DNA of 64,000 nucleotides from an uncultured Acidobacteriota bacterium (GTDB lineage Bacteria > Acidobacteriota > Thermoanaerobaculia > Multivoradales > SZUA-115), in NCBI GenBank assembly GCA_963805975.1, contig CAWDVR010000002.1, positions 96,001 through 160,000 on the forward strand. The letters run 5' to 3'. A model generated the notes under the pieces. That model was not told the DNA's origin. It ran no database searches and was given only the letters and a program-made list of their open reading frames with translations. This document shows, piece by piece, positions 9,411 to 19,252 of this stretch (within the stretch, counting starts at the first letter, position 1; each line of letters starts with the position of its first letter). Position numbers and translations under genes: made by a program.

Positions 9411-12400
9411 ATGAGATTCGGCCTTTGGGTCCCGACCAGTCTGATCGTCCTCCTCGGCTCTGCTTGCATCGGTCGCTCTCCCGCCGACGAGAGGGCGTCG
9501 ATGGAGCCGCTCGCCCGTCCTTTTCCGGTACGTCTCTCCGTCCCGACCACGTATCTCCCTTGCGCGCTCGACGTGGCTCCGGGCCCTCTCCCGCGCAATC
9601 CGCGATGTCCGGAGCCGTCCACTGCAGCCCCCCCCTCTTCCGTTCACGATGTGTCTATAGACACGGCTGAGCAAGCTCGCGGGGTAGCGGGTAGCCATCG
9701 CAGCGCCATCGCGGCGCTGCTCAAGGCCAGTGAGTCTTACGACTTCGAGGAGGCGTTCTCGTTGTTCGAGGCCGAGCTTCAGAATTCGAGCTCCGCGGCG
9801 CTGCTGAACGATTTCGCAGCGGCCCATTGGGTGCGGTCCCAACAGCTCGATCAACCGGTGGACCTCGTGCGGAGCTTGGAATTGGTCCGGCAAGCGGTCG
9901 AGGCCGACGAGAGCTTCGCCCCGGCAATGTTCAACGCCGGCCTGCTCTGTCGATCCCTGGGGCTTTCTTGGTGCGAGCGCGAGGCCTGGGAGCGCTACTT
10001 GCGATTGGACTCGGACCCTTCCTCGCCGTGGGCGCAAGAGGCTCGCCAGCACCAAGCCCGGCTCGCATGGCCGTCGCTCCAATCCCTGGCACAAGCAAAG
10101 ATGGGACTCGAAGAGGCTGTCACCAAGCGTGACTCGGTGCGCCTGCGCCACTTGGTGGCTTCACACCCGGGAACCGCCGAAGCGTGGGCGCTGGACGTTC
10201 TTCTCGGCAAATGGGCTGCGGCCGTGGAGCAAAAGCAGGCGGCTCACGCCGCCGCGCTGCTCGCCGATGCGCGGCTCATCGCCGATGAGACCGGGGCCAC
10301 TCGTCGCAATCGCCCGCTGTCGGCTGCGGTGGCGGCCATCGAGCGTGCCGGGCAAACAGACTCCGAGGCGGCTCGCCTCGCATCCCTCGTCCGCGGCCAC
10401 GCGTCCTACGCTCGAGGCATACAGCGATTCACCACCGATTACGAGCCTGCCGCTCGACACTTCACCGCCGCGCGACAGGCGCTCGCGCAGGGCGGCAGTC
10501 CGTTCGCCCTCGTCGCAGAGCTCCAACGCATCACGTGCCTGATGCGCAACAACGAGTACGAACGCGGGCTCGATGCACTTCGTCGCCTCGAGCGTGAAGA
10601 GGGTATTTTGCCGCCCGCGCTCGGCGGGCGAGTGTATTGGCTGCGCAGTTTTGCCGAAACCCATCAGCGACGGCTTCTCGAAGCCATCGATTCGTACCGC
10701 CAGGCGGTCGCTCTCTACGAACAGGCGGAAGACGCCTCGAGCCTTTTCTGGGCAGAGTGGCGGCTCGCCGAGCTGCTCGACTTGGTCGGGCAGACCGAGG
10801 TGGCATGGCAGCACCGCTATCGTGAGCTGGCACGCCTCGGGAGCATAGAAGACCTGCGAGGTCGCACGTGGGCTCTCAGCGAAGCTTCGGCGGCCGTTCT
10901 CGGCCTGAATGCCAAGCACTCCGCAAAGCTCCTGCACACGGAGGCCGTTCAGGTCGGCCGACTCGCGGGAGACGATTTGATCCTCGCCGAAGCGCTCCGG
11001 AAGAGCGCCGACGTCGCGCTAGCCAGCGGCCAGCCCGAGGAAGCTCGTGAGGCCGTGCAGGAAGCCTCCCGCATTGCCAGCGACTTCGGTCAAGGCAATG
11101 CCTCTGACGCCGTCGAGCTCAAGATTCTCCAAATCGAGGGACGCTTGGCGCTGCCTTCGGAGCCAGCTCGAGCGCTGGCCAAGTTCGAAGCGGCGAGCGC
11201 GCTTGCCCGTACTCTCGGCCAAACGATTTATCTCCCCGAGCTGCACGCTGAGCGTGCCGAGGCGCTGGGACTGCTGCACCGCTTCGCCGAGCGCGAGGAG
11301 GCGCTCGATGCCGCCGTACTGCTGGTCGAAGAGGAATGGGAGGCGGCGCTCAAAGAGCGTTCTCCGGGCGATTACGAGGCGCTGTGGCCAACTTATTTCG
11401 GCCCGGGCCGAAAATCTTTCGATCGCCTCATCGAGGCGTTGGTTCTCGAAGGAAAGTTGGACCGCGCCCTCACGGTTGCCGAGCGTGCCCGGGCCCGCGA
11501 GGTCCTCGACCTGCTACGCGATCCGGCGGCATTGCAGAGTGGTCTGAGGAGTTTTTTCCGGGGCGAAACCCGTCCGTTGACCGTAGCGGAGCTGATCGCC
11601 CGGCTTCCCCCCAAAACGGCCGTGGTCGAGTTCGCGCTGACGGAGGATCGGCTGTTCACCTGGGTGCTGGCGCGGGACGGAGTCCGATTTTTCCACGAGC
11701 AGCCGGCCGGGCCGGTGCTGGCGCAGGAGATCGAGAGCGCGATCGACGCTATCCGCTCGAGCACGCAGCAGTTTGAGATCGAAAGGCGTCTGGCCGCGCC
11801 CTTCGATCGCCTGATCAGGCCGCTCGACGGTTACCTCCGAGAGGCGGAACACCTGGTCTTCATCCCGGACGGCGCTCTCCATGCCTTGCCGTTCGCAGCG
11901 CTCTACGACCGTTCGACACGCCGTTTCCTGATCGAGAGCCATCCTGTGGCCATCACCCCCAGCGCGACGCTCTATGCCTACGCCCTGGAGCGCAATCGCG
12001 AGCTCGCCGCCATCGAGCGCCGGGCCCCGAAGAGTGAGCCTGGGCTCTTGGCCGTCTGCGACCCCGCCTTTCCGGCCGAGAAGTTCCCTGCCCTGAGCCG
12101 CCTCTCGGGCGCGGCCGCCGAGTGCACTGCCGTCGCCGAGCAATATCCGAGCTCGACCCTTCTGGCCGGCGAGACGGCGACGAAACGCCAGTTCCTGACG
12201 GAGCTGAGCCGGCACTCGGTGCTTCACTTCGCCGGCCATGCCATCGGGCACCCGTCGGCAGCCTACATCGTGCTGGCGGCGGACTCGTCGGACGAGCTCG
12301 GCATCCTGTACGCCAGCGATCTTCTTTCCCGGGAGACCGGTCGGACCCGCATCGCCGTTCTTTCGGCTTGCAGCTCGGTTGCCGAGCAGGCGGCGCGCGG

Positions 12401-12674
12401 GCAGGGGGTGGCCGCGCTCGTTCGGCCGCTGATGGGCGCCGGAATTCCGGCGGTGGTCGGGACACTGTGGAAGGTGGACGATCAAGCGACGCTCCATTGG
12501 GCCCGGTCGTTCCATCACCACCTGCTCGCCGGTGACGATGCCGCGCGCGCCATGCAGGCGGCACAGCTCGATCTATTGCACGCCAAGCAGCTCAAGCTTC
12601 AGCTACCTCAGTCCTGGGCAGCGTTCCAGCTGGTGGGATATGCCTCTTTTTTGGAGGAGAACAAGGAGGAGTAG
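9411..12674 (+). CDS. Exported TPR-CHAT protease (possible lipoprotein)
   Basis: GGAGG RBS at 9395 before ATG 9411; signal MRFGLWVPTSLIVLLGSAC; TPR region; ERARAR motif; CHAT dyad VLHFAGHA...VLSACSS; end motif SWAAFQLVG. Confidence 0.88.
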   Translation: MRFGLWVPTSLIVLLGSACIGRSPADERASMEPLARPFPVRLSVPTTYLPCALDVAPGPLPRNPRCPEPSTAAPPSSVHDVSIDTAEQARGVAGSHRSAIAALLKASESYDFEEAFSLFEAELQNSSSAALLNDFAAAHWVRSQQLDQPVDLVRSLELVRQAVEADESFAPAMFNAGLLCRSLGLSWCEREAWERYLRLDSDPSSPWAQEARQHQARLAWPSLQSLAQAKMGLEEAVTKRDSVRLRHLVASHPGTAEAWALDVLLGKWAAAVEQKQAAHAAALLADARLIADETGATRRNRPLSAAVAAIERAGQTDSEAARLASLVRGHASYARGIQRFTTDYEPAARHFTAARQALAQGGSPFALVAELQRITCLMRNNEYERGLDALRRLEREEGILPPALGGRVYWLRSFAETHQRRLLEAIDSYRQAVALYEQAEDASSLFWAEWRLAELLDLVGQTEVAWQHRYRELARLGSIEDLRGRTWALSEASAAVLGLNAKHSAKLLHTEAVQVGRLAGDDLILAEALRKSADVALASGQPEEAREAVQEASRIASDFGQGNASDAVELKILQIEGRLALPSEPARALAKFEAASALARTLGQTIYLPELHAERAEALGLLHRFAEREEALDAAVLLVEEEWEAALKERSPGDYEALWPTYFGPGRKSFDRLIEALVLEGKLDRALTVAERARAREVLDLLRDPAALQSGLRSFFRGETRPLTVAELIARLPPKTAVVEFALTEDRLFTWVLARDGVRFFHEQPAGPVLAQEIESAIDAIRSSTQQFEIERRLAAPFDRLIRPLDGYLREAEHLVFIPDGALHALPFAALYDRSTRRFLIESHPVAITPSATLYAYALERNRELAAIERRAPKSEPGLLAVCDPAFPAEKFPALSRLSGAAAECTAVAEQYPSSTLLAGETATKRQFLTELSRHSVLHFAGHAIGHPSAAYIVLAADSSDELGILYASDLLSRETGRTRIAVLSACSSVAEQAARGQGVAALVRPLMGAGIPAVVGTLWKVDDQATLHWARSFHHHLLAGDDAARAMQAAQLDLLHAKQLKLQLPQSWAAFQLVGYASFLEENKEE

Positions 12675-12677
12675 GAA

Positions 12678-13763
12678 ATGGACTTCATTCTGCGGATCTA
12701 CTTCATCGGCCTGATCGCCTTCGTCCCCGATTCGGACGGACAACGCATGACGGCACTGCTGGTCGATGCACGCCACAGCTACATCGCCTCGGACGGCGAG
12801 CAGGTGCCGGAGCATTACCCCATGCTCTTCGCGCGGGCGCAGAACTGCTCCGGCAACTGCCACGAGCAAGACACTTTTCTGGCTGACACCGTGTTTCCTT
12901 CGACCCTGTCGGCAGGCGAGCGCCTGACCAACCTGCAAGATGCCGTGATCGGGGGCGGTGGCTGGAAGCTCGACCTCTCGCAGCTGCGGATCGTCCTTCC
13001 GGGCGCTTCGCAGATGTCTTTGACGCCTTTCCAGCTGGTCGGTGATGGCGATACGGTAGCGGGTCCCGGCCGGCCTCTGCCCAGCAGCTCGACTCCACGA
13101 GACGATTTCGACTACGTGGCCGACCTTCGTGAGATCGTGGGCGAAAGCCTGGTCGTCGATTCGACGCTGCTCGACGCGCCCGAGAAAGGGCGTACCGTCG
13201 CCCTGATGAAGCTGGCGGCGGGTGACGTGACAGCACAGCGTCTGTCGGGCTTCAAGGACGAGATCGTCGAGTTCCGCTTCGCCACCGCCGAGGAGCTCAA
13301 GAATGGTCTCGATCTCTCGATGCCACTCGCAGCCTTGGCGGATCGCGTGATGGTCGAGATCAAGATCTCGGGCGACCGGGTCCGGCTCGAAGACCGCAAC
13401 AGTACGACCTCCACCGTCCGCACGATGGAGCTCACCCCTCAAGCCGGCAGTAATGTGATCGAGGTCGTCATCGTCAATCTGCCGAAGCACGGCTTCCAGT
13501 TCGAGGGCTCCCATCTCGGCCACCCTACGACTCCCGGGCAGATCTTTATCGATCATCACTTCGAGCTGTTCTACGAGCTGGCAGAGTGCGTTCCACCGCG
13601 CAACCGCCGACCGGTTCCGGGCTATCTCAACGACTTACGCACTGAACGACCGAACGACCCGTCCCAAGACAGCTCGACATTCCTGGGCGCGTTGGGCCTA
13701 GCGCCGAGCCGAGGCGTGTGGAGCCAACCCACGTGCGTGGTGGTCCAGCTTCCGCGCGGCTGA
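12678..13763 (+). CDS. Hypothetical protein translationally coupled to the CHAT gene
   Basis: AGGAGG-type RBS, start 3 nt after the CHAT stop; high GC3 codon usage; no recognised domain. Confidence 0.8.
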   Translation: MDFILRIYFIGLIAFVPDSDGQRMTALLVDARHSYIASDGEQVPEHYPMLFARAQNCSGNCHEQDTFLADTVFPSTLSAGERLTNLQDAVIGGGGWKLDLSQLRIVLPGASQMSLTPFQLVGDGDTVAGPGRPLPSSSTPRDDFDYVADLREIVGESLVVDSTLLDAPEKGRTVALMKLAAGDVTAQRLSGFKDEIVEFRFATAEELKNGLDLSMPLAALADRVMVEIKISGDRVRLEDRNSTTSTVRTMELTPQAGSNVIEVVIVNLPKHGFQFEGSHLGHPTTPGQIFIDHHFELFYELAECVPPRNRRPVPGYLNDLRTERPNDPSQDSSTFLGALGLAPSRGVWSQPTCVVVQLPRG

Positions 13764-13769
13764 AGGGAT

Positions 13770-13797
13770 CACCCCCGAAGCGACGGCGGTGGTGTCT
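13770..13797 (+). promoter_or_regulatory. Candidate ECF-type promoter CACCCCC-N15-GTGTCT
   Basis: Intergenic, upstream of the 13889 gene; mirrors the 7795-7823 motif. Confidence 0.33.
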
Positions 13798-13888
13798 GAG
13801 CTGGCGAGCGGATACCGCACCAAGGCATACCCGACGTCCGGGCAGCAGATTCGGTCGCGGTCTTCCATCGCAATTACAAGGAGGAGTC

Positions 13889-14302
13889 ATGTCGAAGATC
13901 GTCCCCGCCTTCGTCGCCTCGATGCTGCTGACCGTCGCAGTACACGGCGACAACTCGGGCCTCGTCACCTATGACGAGTTCCTGTCTTCGCGCGGCCTCA
14001 CTCAGTCGCAGGTGGACTGCCGAAGTCCCAAGACCGAGGATGTGCTCAACGTCCGCAGTCAGGACTGGGATCGCAGTCAGACGGTCTGCGAAGTATGGAT
14101 CAAGGAGAAGGTCACGCCCGAGCAGCGGCTCACTTTCAAAGACGGTGCGCAGGTGTATATGACCGTGCGACGCTGGACCGCGCCCAAGCCGGTGCCACCG
14201 CAGCAGGTCGAGGTTTCGGATTCCTTCGTGGTGAAGGAGGACAGCAAGCCCGAAACCAGTACCAAGGCGTACAAGCGCTACGTCGGCAAGCAAGAGCCTT
14301 GA
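13889..14302 (+). CDS. Small secreted hypothetical protein
   Basis: Strong AAGGAGGAG RBS, ATG 13889, signal peptide MSKIVPAFVASMLLTVAVHG. Confidence 0.8.
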   Translation: MSKIVPAFVASMLLTVAVHGDNSGLVTYDEFLSSRGLTQSQVDCRSPKTEDVLNVRSQDWDRSQTVCEVWIKEKVTPEQRLTFKDGAQVYMTVRRWTAPKPVPPQQVEVSDSFVVKEDSKPETSTKAYKRYVGKQEP

Positions 14303-14323
14303 GGGTCGGACACGTCCCCCAGT

Positions 14324-14365
14324 AAGAGGAGGGGTCGCCATGAGCGCCCCTCCTTTCGTTTCTCC
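14324..14365 (+). terminator. Rho-independent terminator
   Basis: Stem AGGAGGGG(t)CGC / GCGCCCCTCCT with a 5-nt loop, followed by a T-rich tract, just after the 14302 stop. Confidence 0.7.
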
Positions 14366-14413
14366 TCGCTTCCATCAACAGCTCGCCCGCCTGTTGCGAC
14401 ACCGGGAGGCTTC

Positions 14414-15811
14414 ATGGTTCGGACAGCTCTGCTATTGCTTCTCGCCTTTTTCACCAGCCCACTGACCGCCGCTCCGAGAGTGGCGTTACAGATTTTCGAT
14501 GTTGGCGCTTTGAGCACCTGGACGACGCTCACGGCAGAAGAGACGACCCCCTACCTCGCCGAGGGTTTGCGCTCGGATTTCCGCTTTGGTGCCCGATCGA
14601 CAGCGGGTAGCTATGCTTTCGTGACTCAAATCGACAACACCCTCGATCGAGATGCGCTCGGCCCCGAGGACATCCAGGGCCTCTTTTCCGTCGACACCTA
14701 TCAGGATCTCGAGCCCAGCGGCTTCACTAGTGAGGTCGTCACCGTCGGAGAGAAACACAACTTGTCGGCCCTGGTGGTATCTTTTCGCACTACCAAGCTT
14801 GGTTACGTGGTCAGCGCCCCCCCCGGCCCGGTGCTGGTAAAAACGGTATTTCTCCCTCTCGTACTGCGAGATGCGAGCACTCGGCAGTACCTCAACTGGA
14901 TCTACGTCGCCAACTTTCGCGGCAGCACGGCACAGCAGGGCGACTTGCAGGCTTTCGACCGGCTCTGGCAGCAGGCAAAACTCGGCGATCCAGGTCTCTC
15001 GCAGGTCGAGCTGGATCGATTCAATGCGCTCCGGCCCGAAATCGCGACAGTTGAGCCGGTCAGCACCTTGCCGCTCGCCCCCCTTCCCGAGCCGCAAGGC
15101 GCCGCGCCGGGAGCACCGGCTAGCGAGCCTCTGGCGCAGGCTCTCGTTGGCGCGCTTACTCCAGGTTCCAAGGTCTTAGCGCCTGGGCCGCTGCGACGCT
15201 TCACCAGCGAATACCCAGACACGGCCCTGGCAAAAGTCTTCCAGTCGCTCGCGCAGGCTCAACTCTCGGTTCTCCAAGAGGCCATCTGGCAGCAAGCCTG
15301 GCAGGCTTCTCCGAGCGCTCAGAAGGCCTTGCTTGCGGCACTGTTTCTGGTGCAGAGCATCTCCGTGGAGGACGAACGGTTAGTGGCGCGCGTGTCCCAG
15401 GACGCTGCGATGGCAGGGATCTCGGCGGGAAAGCTCGATTGCGAGCAGCTCGGTTTCCTGCTGGATCTTCTCTTGCCTCAGCGCAACCATCGCTTTCTGG
15501 CCCGGCCGGCAGTGCGGCAATTCTTCGCCTTGGCTCCCGACCGCGGCTGCGGTGATCTGGTTCAGCTCATGCACGCGAGAGAGATCGATCTTGTCCAGCT
15601 GCACGAGGTCGCCCGCGAGAAGCACCCGGGAACCTGGGAGCTCAAATCGACGTTCCCCTCCGGGCGCCTACCGACCCTGGCGCAACAGGAGGGCAACCTG
15701 ATGCTCGTTCAGTTCCCGGTCGGTCGAAAAGACCGGGCGATCGACGTCCGGGGCGTGACCAGCTTGCTCGATCTGATCGCTGCGCTCGCTCGCCAAGGTG
15801 CAAGCTCTTAG
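14414..15811 (+). CDS. Secreted hypothetical protein
   Basis: GGAGG RBS, signal peptide MVRTALLLLLAFFTSPLTA, 465 aa; no recognised domain. Confidence 0.75.
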   Translation: MVRTALLLLLAFFTSPLTAAPRVALQIFDVGALSTWTTLTAEETTPYLAEGLRSDFRFGARSTAGSYAFVTQIDNTLDRDALGPEDIQGLFSVDTYQDLEPSGFTSEVVTVGEKHNLSALVVSFRTTKLGYVVSAPPGPVLVKTVFLPLVLRDASTRQYLNWIYVANFRGSTAQQGDLQAFDRLWQQAKLGDPGLSQVELDRFNALRPEIATVEPVSTLPLAPLPEPQGAAPGAPASEPLAQALVGALTPGSKVLAPGPLRRFTSEYPDTALAKVFQSLAQAQLSVLQEAIWQQAWQASPSAQKALLAALFLVQSISVEDERLVARVSQDAAMAGISAGKLDCEQLGFLLDLLLPQRNHRFLARPAVRQFFALAPDRGCGDLVQLMHAREIDLVQLHEVAREKHPGTWELKSTFPSGRLPTLAQQEGNLMLVQFPVGRKDRAIDVRGVTSLLDLIAALARQGASS

Positions 15812-15835
15812 AGCCTTGCGCGCCTCTCTGCGAAG

Positions 15836-18800
15836 TCACTCTGGAGCATCAGGCTCCGGAGGCAGGGCGCGTCCGATCAGGATCTGGCCCAGCAGGGCCG
15901 GGTAGCTGCGCATCGGCTTTTGGAAACCTCCTGAAGCCGACTCGACCTGGGCCGACACGTGACGATAGAGCTCGTCGAGGTCGATCAGGCCGTCTCCCGA
16001 GCTGTCCGCGGCGCCGCGCAATCCCTCGAGCAGGTAGTAGGTGAAGAGGCCGTGCTCGAGACGGTTGTCTTCGACCGCCACCTGGTTGGGCTCGCTGGCC
16101 GCGAGGATCGCCCGCCCACTGCCGGCGCTCGCCAGGCGGCTCAAGAACTCCGCGCTCAGACTGTTGCGCACAGAGCCGTTACCGCCGAAAACGGTGCGCC
16201 CGCCCGCGGTCGAGGCACCGCTGAAGCAGCTGTCGATCATCACCACCACGCGCTCGGCGCGATAACGCCGCAGGATCAGCTCGAGCTCGCTCATGGGCAG
16301 TGCCGAGCTGTAGAGATCTGCCGATACCGCGTCGACGGGCAGGAAGTATTTGGTGAGGCCGTCGGGCTCCGCAATGCCGATGGCTTGTTCCGGCATGCCG
16401 TGCCCGGCTAGGAAGAGGATCACGGTGTCCCCGGCGCTCGTGGCACGCTGTGGCAGCACGGTACCGAGAAGGCTCCGTACCTCCCGCAGCGTCGCCTGTT
16501 CGTTCGTTCGCACGAAGACCTGCTCGGCCGGCAGATCCAACGCAGTGCGGAAATAAGCGGCCACCGCCTCGGCGTCTTTGTGGGCATAGCGCAATGGCCG
16601 AATCGCGGTGTCCTGGTAGGAGCTCACACCGATAGCCACCAGCCAAACACGCCGACTCTCATCGTCTCGATAGAGCGACAGCACCCGAACGCCGCGCTGG
16701 CCATCAGCGGTGATGGCGGTCACTTCGAAGCGGTTCTCACCGCGGGCGAGCTGCACCGGCAACTCGTAAGTGCTCGCATTCAAGCTCCCGTCACGCACGG
16801 TTCTCGCGGGTGACGAATCCAGGGCGACCGGACGGTCGTTCAGGCGCAGGCGGACGTCTTCGAGCTCCGTGGCATGCTGAATCTCGAAGCGAAGGACGAT
16901 GGCTTCCTGCGCCACCTTCTCGCCGAACTGCTGCCGGAGAAAGGAGATCGTCGGTGCCAAGACGGCTCGCGCCGGCGTGGCGGGCTGTGGCACCGGCTCT
17001 GGTGGAGCGGCACTCATCACCACGGGCGCCTGCTCGACCACCCTCACCGCGGCATTTGTCCGTAGTGGTGCGAAATCCCGCTGCGTCACCGAGACGACGA
17101 GCGGAGCCTCGCCCGGCCCAGCACCGGTACGCACGGAGATCGGCACACGGATCCGCCGCGCGCCTCGTGATGGGACGATGTCCAGCAGAACCTCGCGCTT
17201 GGTTCTCGGCAGCCCCAAGTCGTCGAGCAGGTCCACTCCGGGCATCGAGCTTTCGAGCGTGACCTGTACTTGCTCGGCGGCGAGGTCCCCGCTGTTGCGC
17301 AGCTCCAAGGAGAGCTCCCGGGCCGTGCCGCGCTCGAGCTCCACGACCGAGGGAACGCTCAGCTCGAGCTGGGGCTGGAGGCTCCAGAACTCGACGGGCA
17401 GATCCTGGACGAGATCCGGAAAGCCGTCTTGGCGAATGCGCGCCGTCAACGGGAGGCGAGCTGGCTGCGCTCCTGCTCCGAAGCCCCGCGGCAGGCTCAG
17501 CACCACCCATTGGCTGCGGCTCGTCGCACCCGCCGGTAGCGTGCCGAAGTCGACTTGAGCCGGCTTCGGCTGCAGGAGGTCGGTGCTCGAGGCCAGCTCC
17601 AGTCGCACGTTCTCCGAGGACAACGACCCGTCGTTGCTGACCGCGAGGATCAACTCGACGGTCTCACCATTGTTCGCAATACCATCGGAGTTCCCTCTCG
17701 AGCCGGGTGAAGCTCCATCCGCGAGTTGAGTCGTAACCCGCAGCCGTGGCGCTCGGGCGACCGTGCTCCACCCCTGCTGACGTGTGGTCGACGCGGCCAG
17801 CTCGCCTCGGCCATCAACTGCCGAGAAAGTGAGCTGCAGCTGTGGGGCCAGCCCATTGCGCGAGACTGCGAGCAGAAAGCGGCTCTCGGCGATGTCGTGG
17901 CTCGCCAGGCGCTGGATGATGCCCGGCGTGGACAGCACGTGGACGCTTGCCAGCGGCTCCAGTAGCCCAACGCGAACGCCAAGGGCATCGCCCGCTCCCG
18001 AGTTGCGCACTCGAACGACAACCTCGACCGTCTCCCCGGCTCCGGGGAGGCCGTCACCATCCCCGACAGCGGGCGGCGTGGCGTCGTTGATGGCGACGTC
18101 AAAAATCTCGAGCGCCGGTGACGCGAAGCTCACCGCCGCCACCTCGAGAAGAATGGAGCGGGCCGCATAGCCACGGTTCTCGAGCACCTCGGCGCGCAGA
18201 GCGATCGGTCGGGCAGGTAGGCCCAAAGTGCTGTGGAAGCTGATCTCGTACACCAGGTCGGCACCGACACCGAGGTCGCCGAGCCCCGTGACCGCCGGTA
18301 CGATCAGCGACGGCTCGTCGGACGACAACCGGAGGCTAAGACCGAAAGCTTTGCCCGGGCCTTCGTTGCGCACCTTCACGCGGAGCCGAGCCGCTTCGCC
18401 GGCGTCCAGGCGACCGTTGGGCAGGAGACTGTCGTTGTCATCCAGCTCGATCGAGGCGAGAAGGGTCGCGGGCGCCGTCGACAGGCGCTCGAAAGAATCG
18501 AGCACACGGCGCAGGGACGGTGATCCCCGTAAGCTTTGGATGCAGCTCGAAATCGCCAGACGGAATGCATCCTCCGTGTAGGCTTCGACGAGAAGCGCCG
18601 GACTCCAGAAGTTAAACCCCTTTCGGTCCTCACCCGAGCAGTCCACGGTCACAATGGGTGCGTGCGCTCCATCGAACAGCTCCAGCTGCAATTGCGCTTG
18701 AACACCGGGGCCTGCTCCTCCCGGAGCACCAAGGACTTTGGTTGAGAAGCTGTAGACCGCCTCGAGCAGATGCGGCTCCTGCGGGGGGATTGGCGTGCTT

Positions 18801-19252
18801 TTGCGCTTTCTGGAGGTGGGCGCTATACCCGCCGGGAAGAGCTGCTCGAAAGTGCTCGTCAGCGCTTCTCCGAGGGCTTGGTCCAAGTAAATCGGAATAG
18901 AGATCCCCTGGACCAGATAGTCGCCCGAGACGCTCTCTATATCTTTCTGCAATGGGCTCAGCATGTTGTCGAGTCGACGCTTGAAGTCCCCCTCACGGAT
19001 GTAGATATCTCCGTAGTAGGCCGTGGCATCCGTGTTGCCGGGCTTGGAGGTCACACGGACCGCGATCGGGAAGCGGGATTCGAGGGGACTGATCGGCTCC
19101 GGTACCAGCTCGTCCACGTCGGGCATGGCAGACATCACTTTCCACACGACTTCGGCAGCTAGCGCGCTCGGCGAAGGTTGGAAAATCAAGAAGCCAACCA
19201 TGACGGCCCCTCGACTCACACTCCAGAAGATTCGCACGATCAGGTTCCCCAT
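15836..19252 (-). CDS. Exported caspase-family (peptidase C14) protein with tandem Ig-like (CARDB-like) domains
   Basis: Repeats NGRLDAGE..VRNEG, DGDGLPGAGE..VRNSG, NSDGIANNGE..VSNDG; C-terminal LVAIGVSSY...LRYAHKDA...FLAGHG...IDSCFSG...GLFTYYLLEGL; start overlaps the upstream stop. Confidence 0.88.
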   Translation of the reverse strand: MGNLIVRIFWSVSRGAVMVGFLIFQPSPSALAAEVVWKVMSAMPDVDELVPEPISPLESRFPIAVRVTSKPGNTDATAYYGDIYIREGDFKRRLDNMLSPLQKDIESVSGDYLVQGISIPIYLDQALGEALTSTFEQLFPAGIAPTSRKRKSTPIPPQEPHLLEAVYSFSTKVLGAPGGAGPGVQAQLQLELFDGAHAPIVTVDCSGEDRKGFNFWSPALLVEAYTEDAFRLAISSCIQSLRGSPSLRRVLDSFERLSTAPATLLASIELDDNDSLLPNGRLDAGEAARLRVKVRNEGPGKAFGLSLRLSSDEPSLIVPAVTGLGDLGVGADLVYEISFHSTLGLPARPIALRAEVLENRGYAARSILLEVAAVSFASPALEIFDVAINDATPPAVGDGDGLPGAGETVEVVVRVRNSGAGDALGVRVGLLEPLASVHVLSTPGIIQRLASHDIAESRFLLAVSRNGLAPQLQLTFSAVDGRGELAASTTRQQGWSTVARAPRLRVTTQLADGASPGSRGNSDGIANNGETVELILAVSNDGSLSSENVRLELASSTDLLQPKPAQVDFGTLPAGATSRSQWVVLSLPRGFGAGAQPARLPLTARIRQDGFPDLVQDLPVEFWSLQPQLELSVPSVVELERGTARELSLELRNSGDLAAEQVQVTLESSMPGVDLLDDLGLPRTKREVLLDIVPSRGARRIRVPISVRTGAGPGEAPLVVSVTQRDFAPLRTNAAVRVVEQAPVVMSAAPPEPVPQPATPARAVLAPTISFLRQQFGEKVAQEAIVLRFEIQHATELEDVRLRLNDRPVALDSSPARTVRDGSLNASTYELPVQLARGENRFEVTAITADGQRGVRVLSLYRDDESRRVWLVAIGVSSYQDTAIRPLRYAHKDAEAVAAYFRTALDLPAEQVFVRTNEQATLREVRSLLGTVLPQRATSAGDTVILFLAGHGMPEQAIGIAEPDGLTKYFLPVDAVSADLYSSALPMSELELILRRYRAERVVVMIDSCFSGASTAGGRTVFGGNGSVRNSLSAEFLSRLASAGSGRAILAASEPNQVAVEDNRLEHGLFTYYLLEGLRGAADSSGDGLIDLDELYRHVSAQVESASGGFQKPMRSYPALLGQILIGRALPPEPDAPE

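Noticed and set aside
9651-9664. Perfect palindrome GTGTCTATAGACAC
   Set aside because: Single occurrence inside a CDS, with no adjacent gene start
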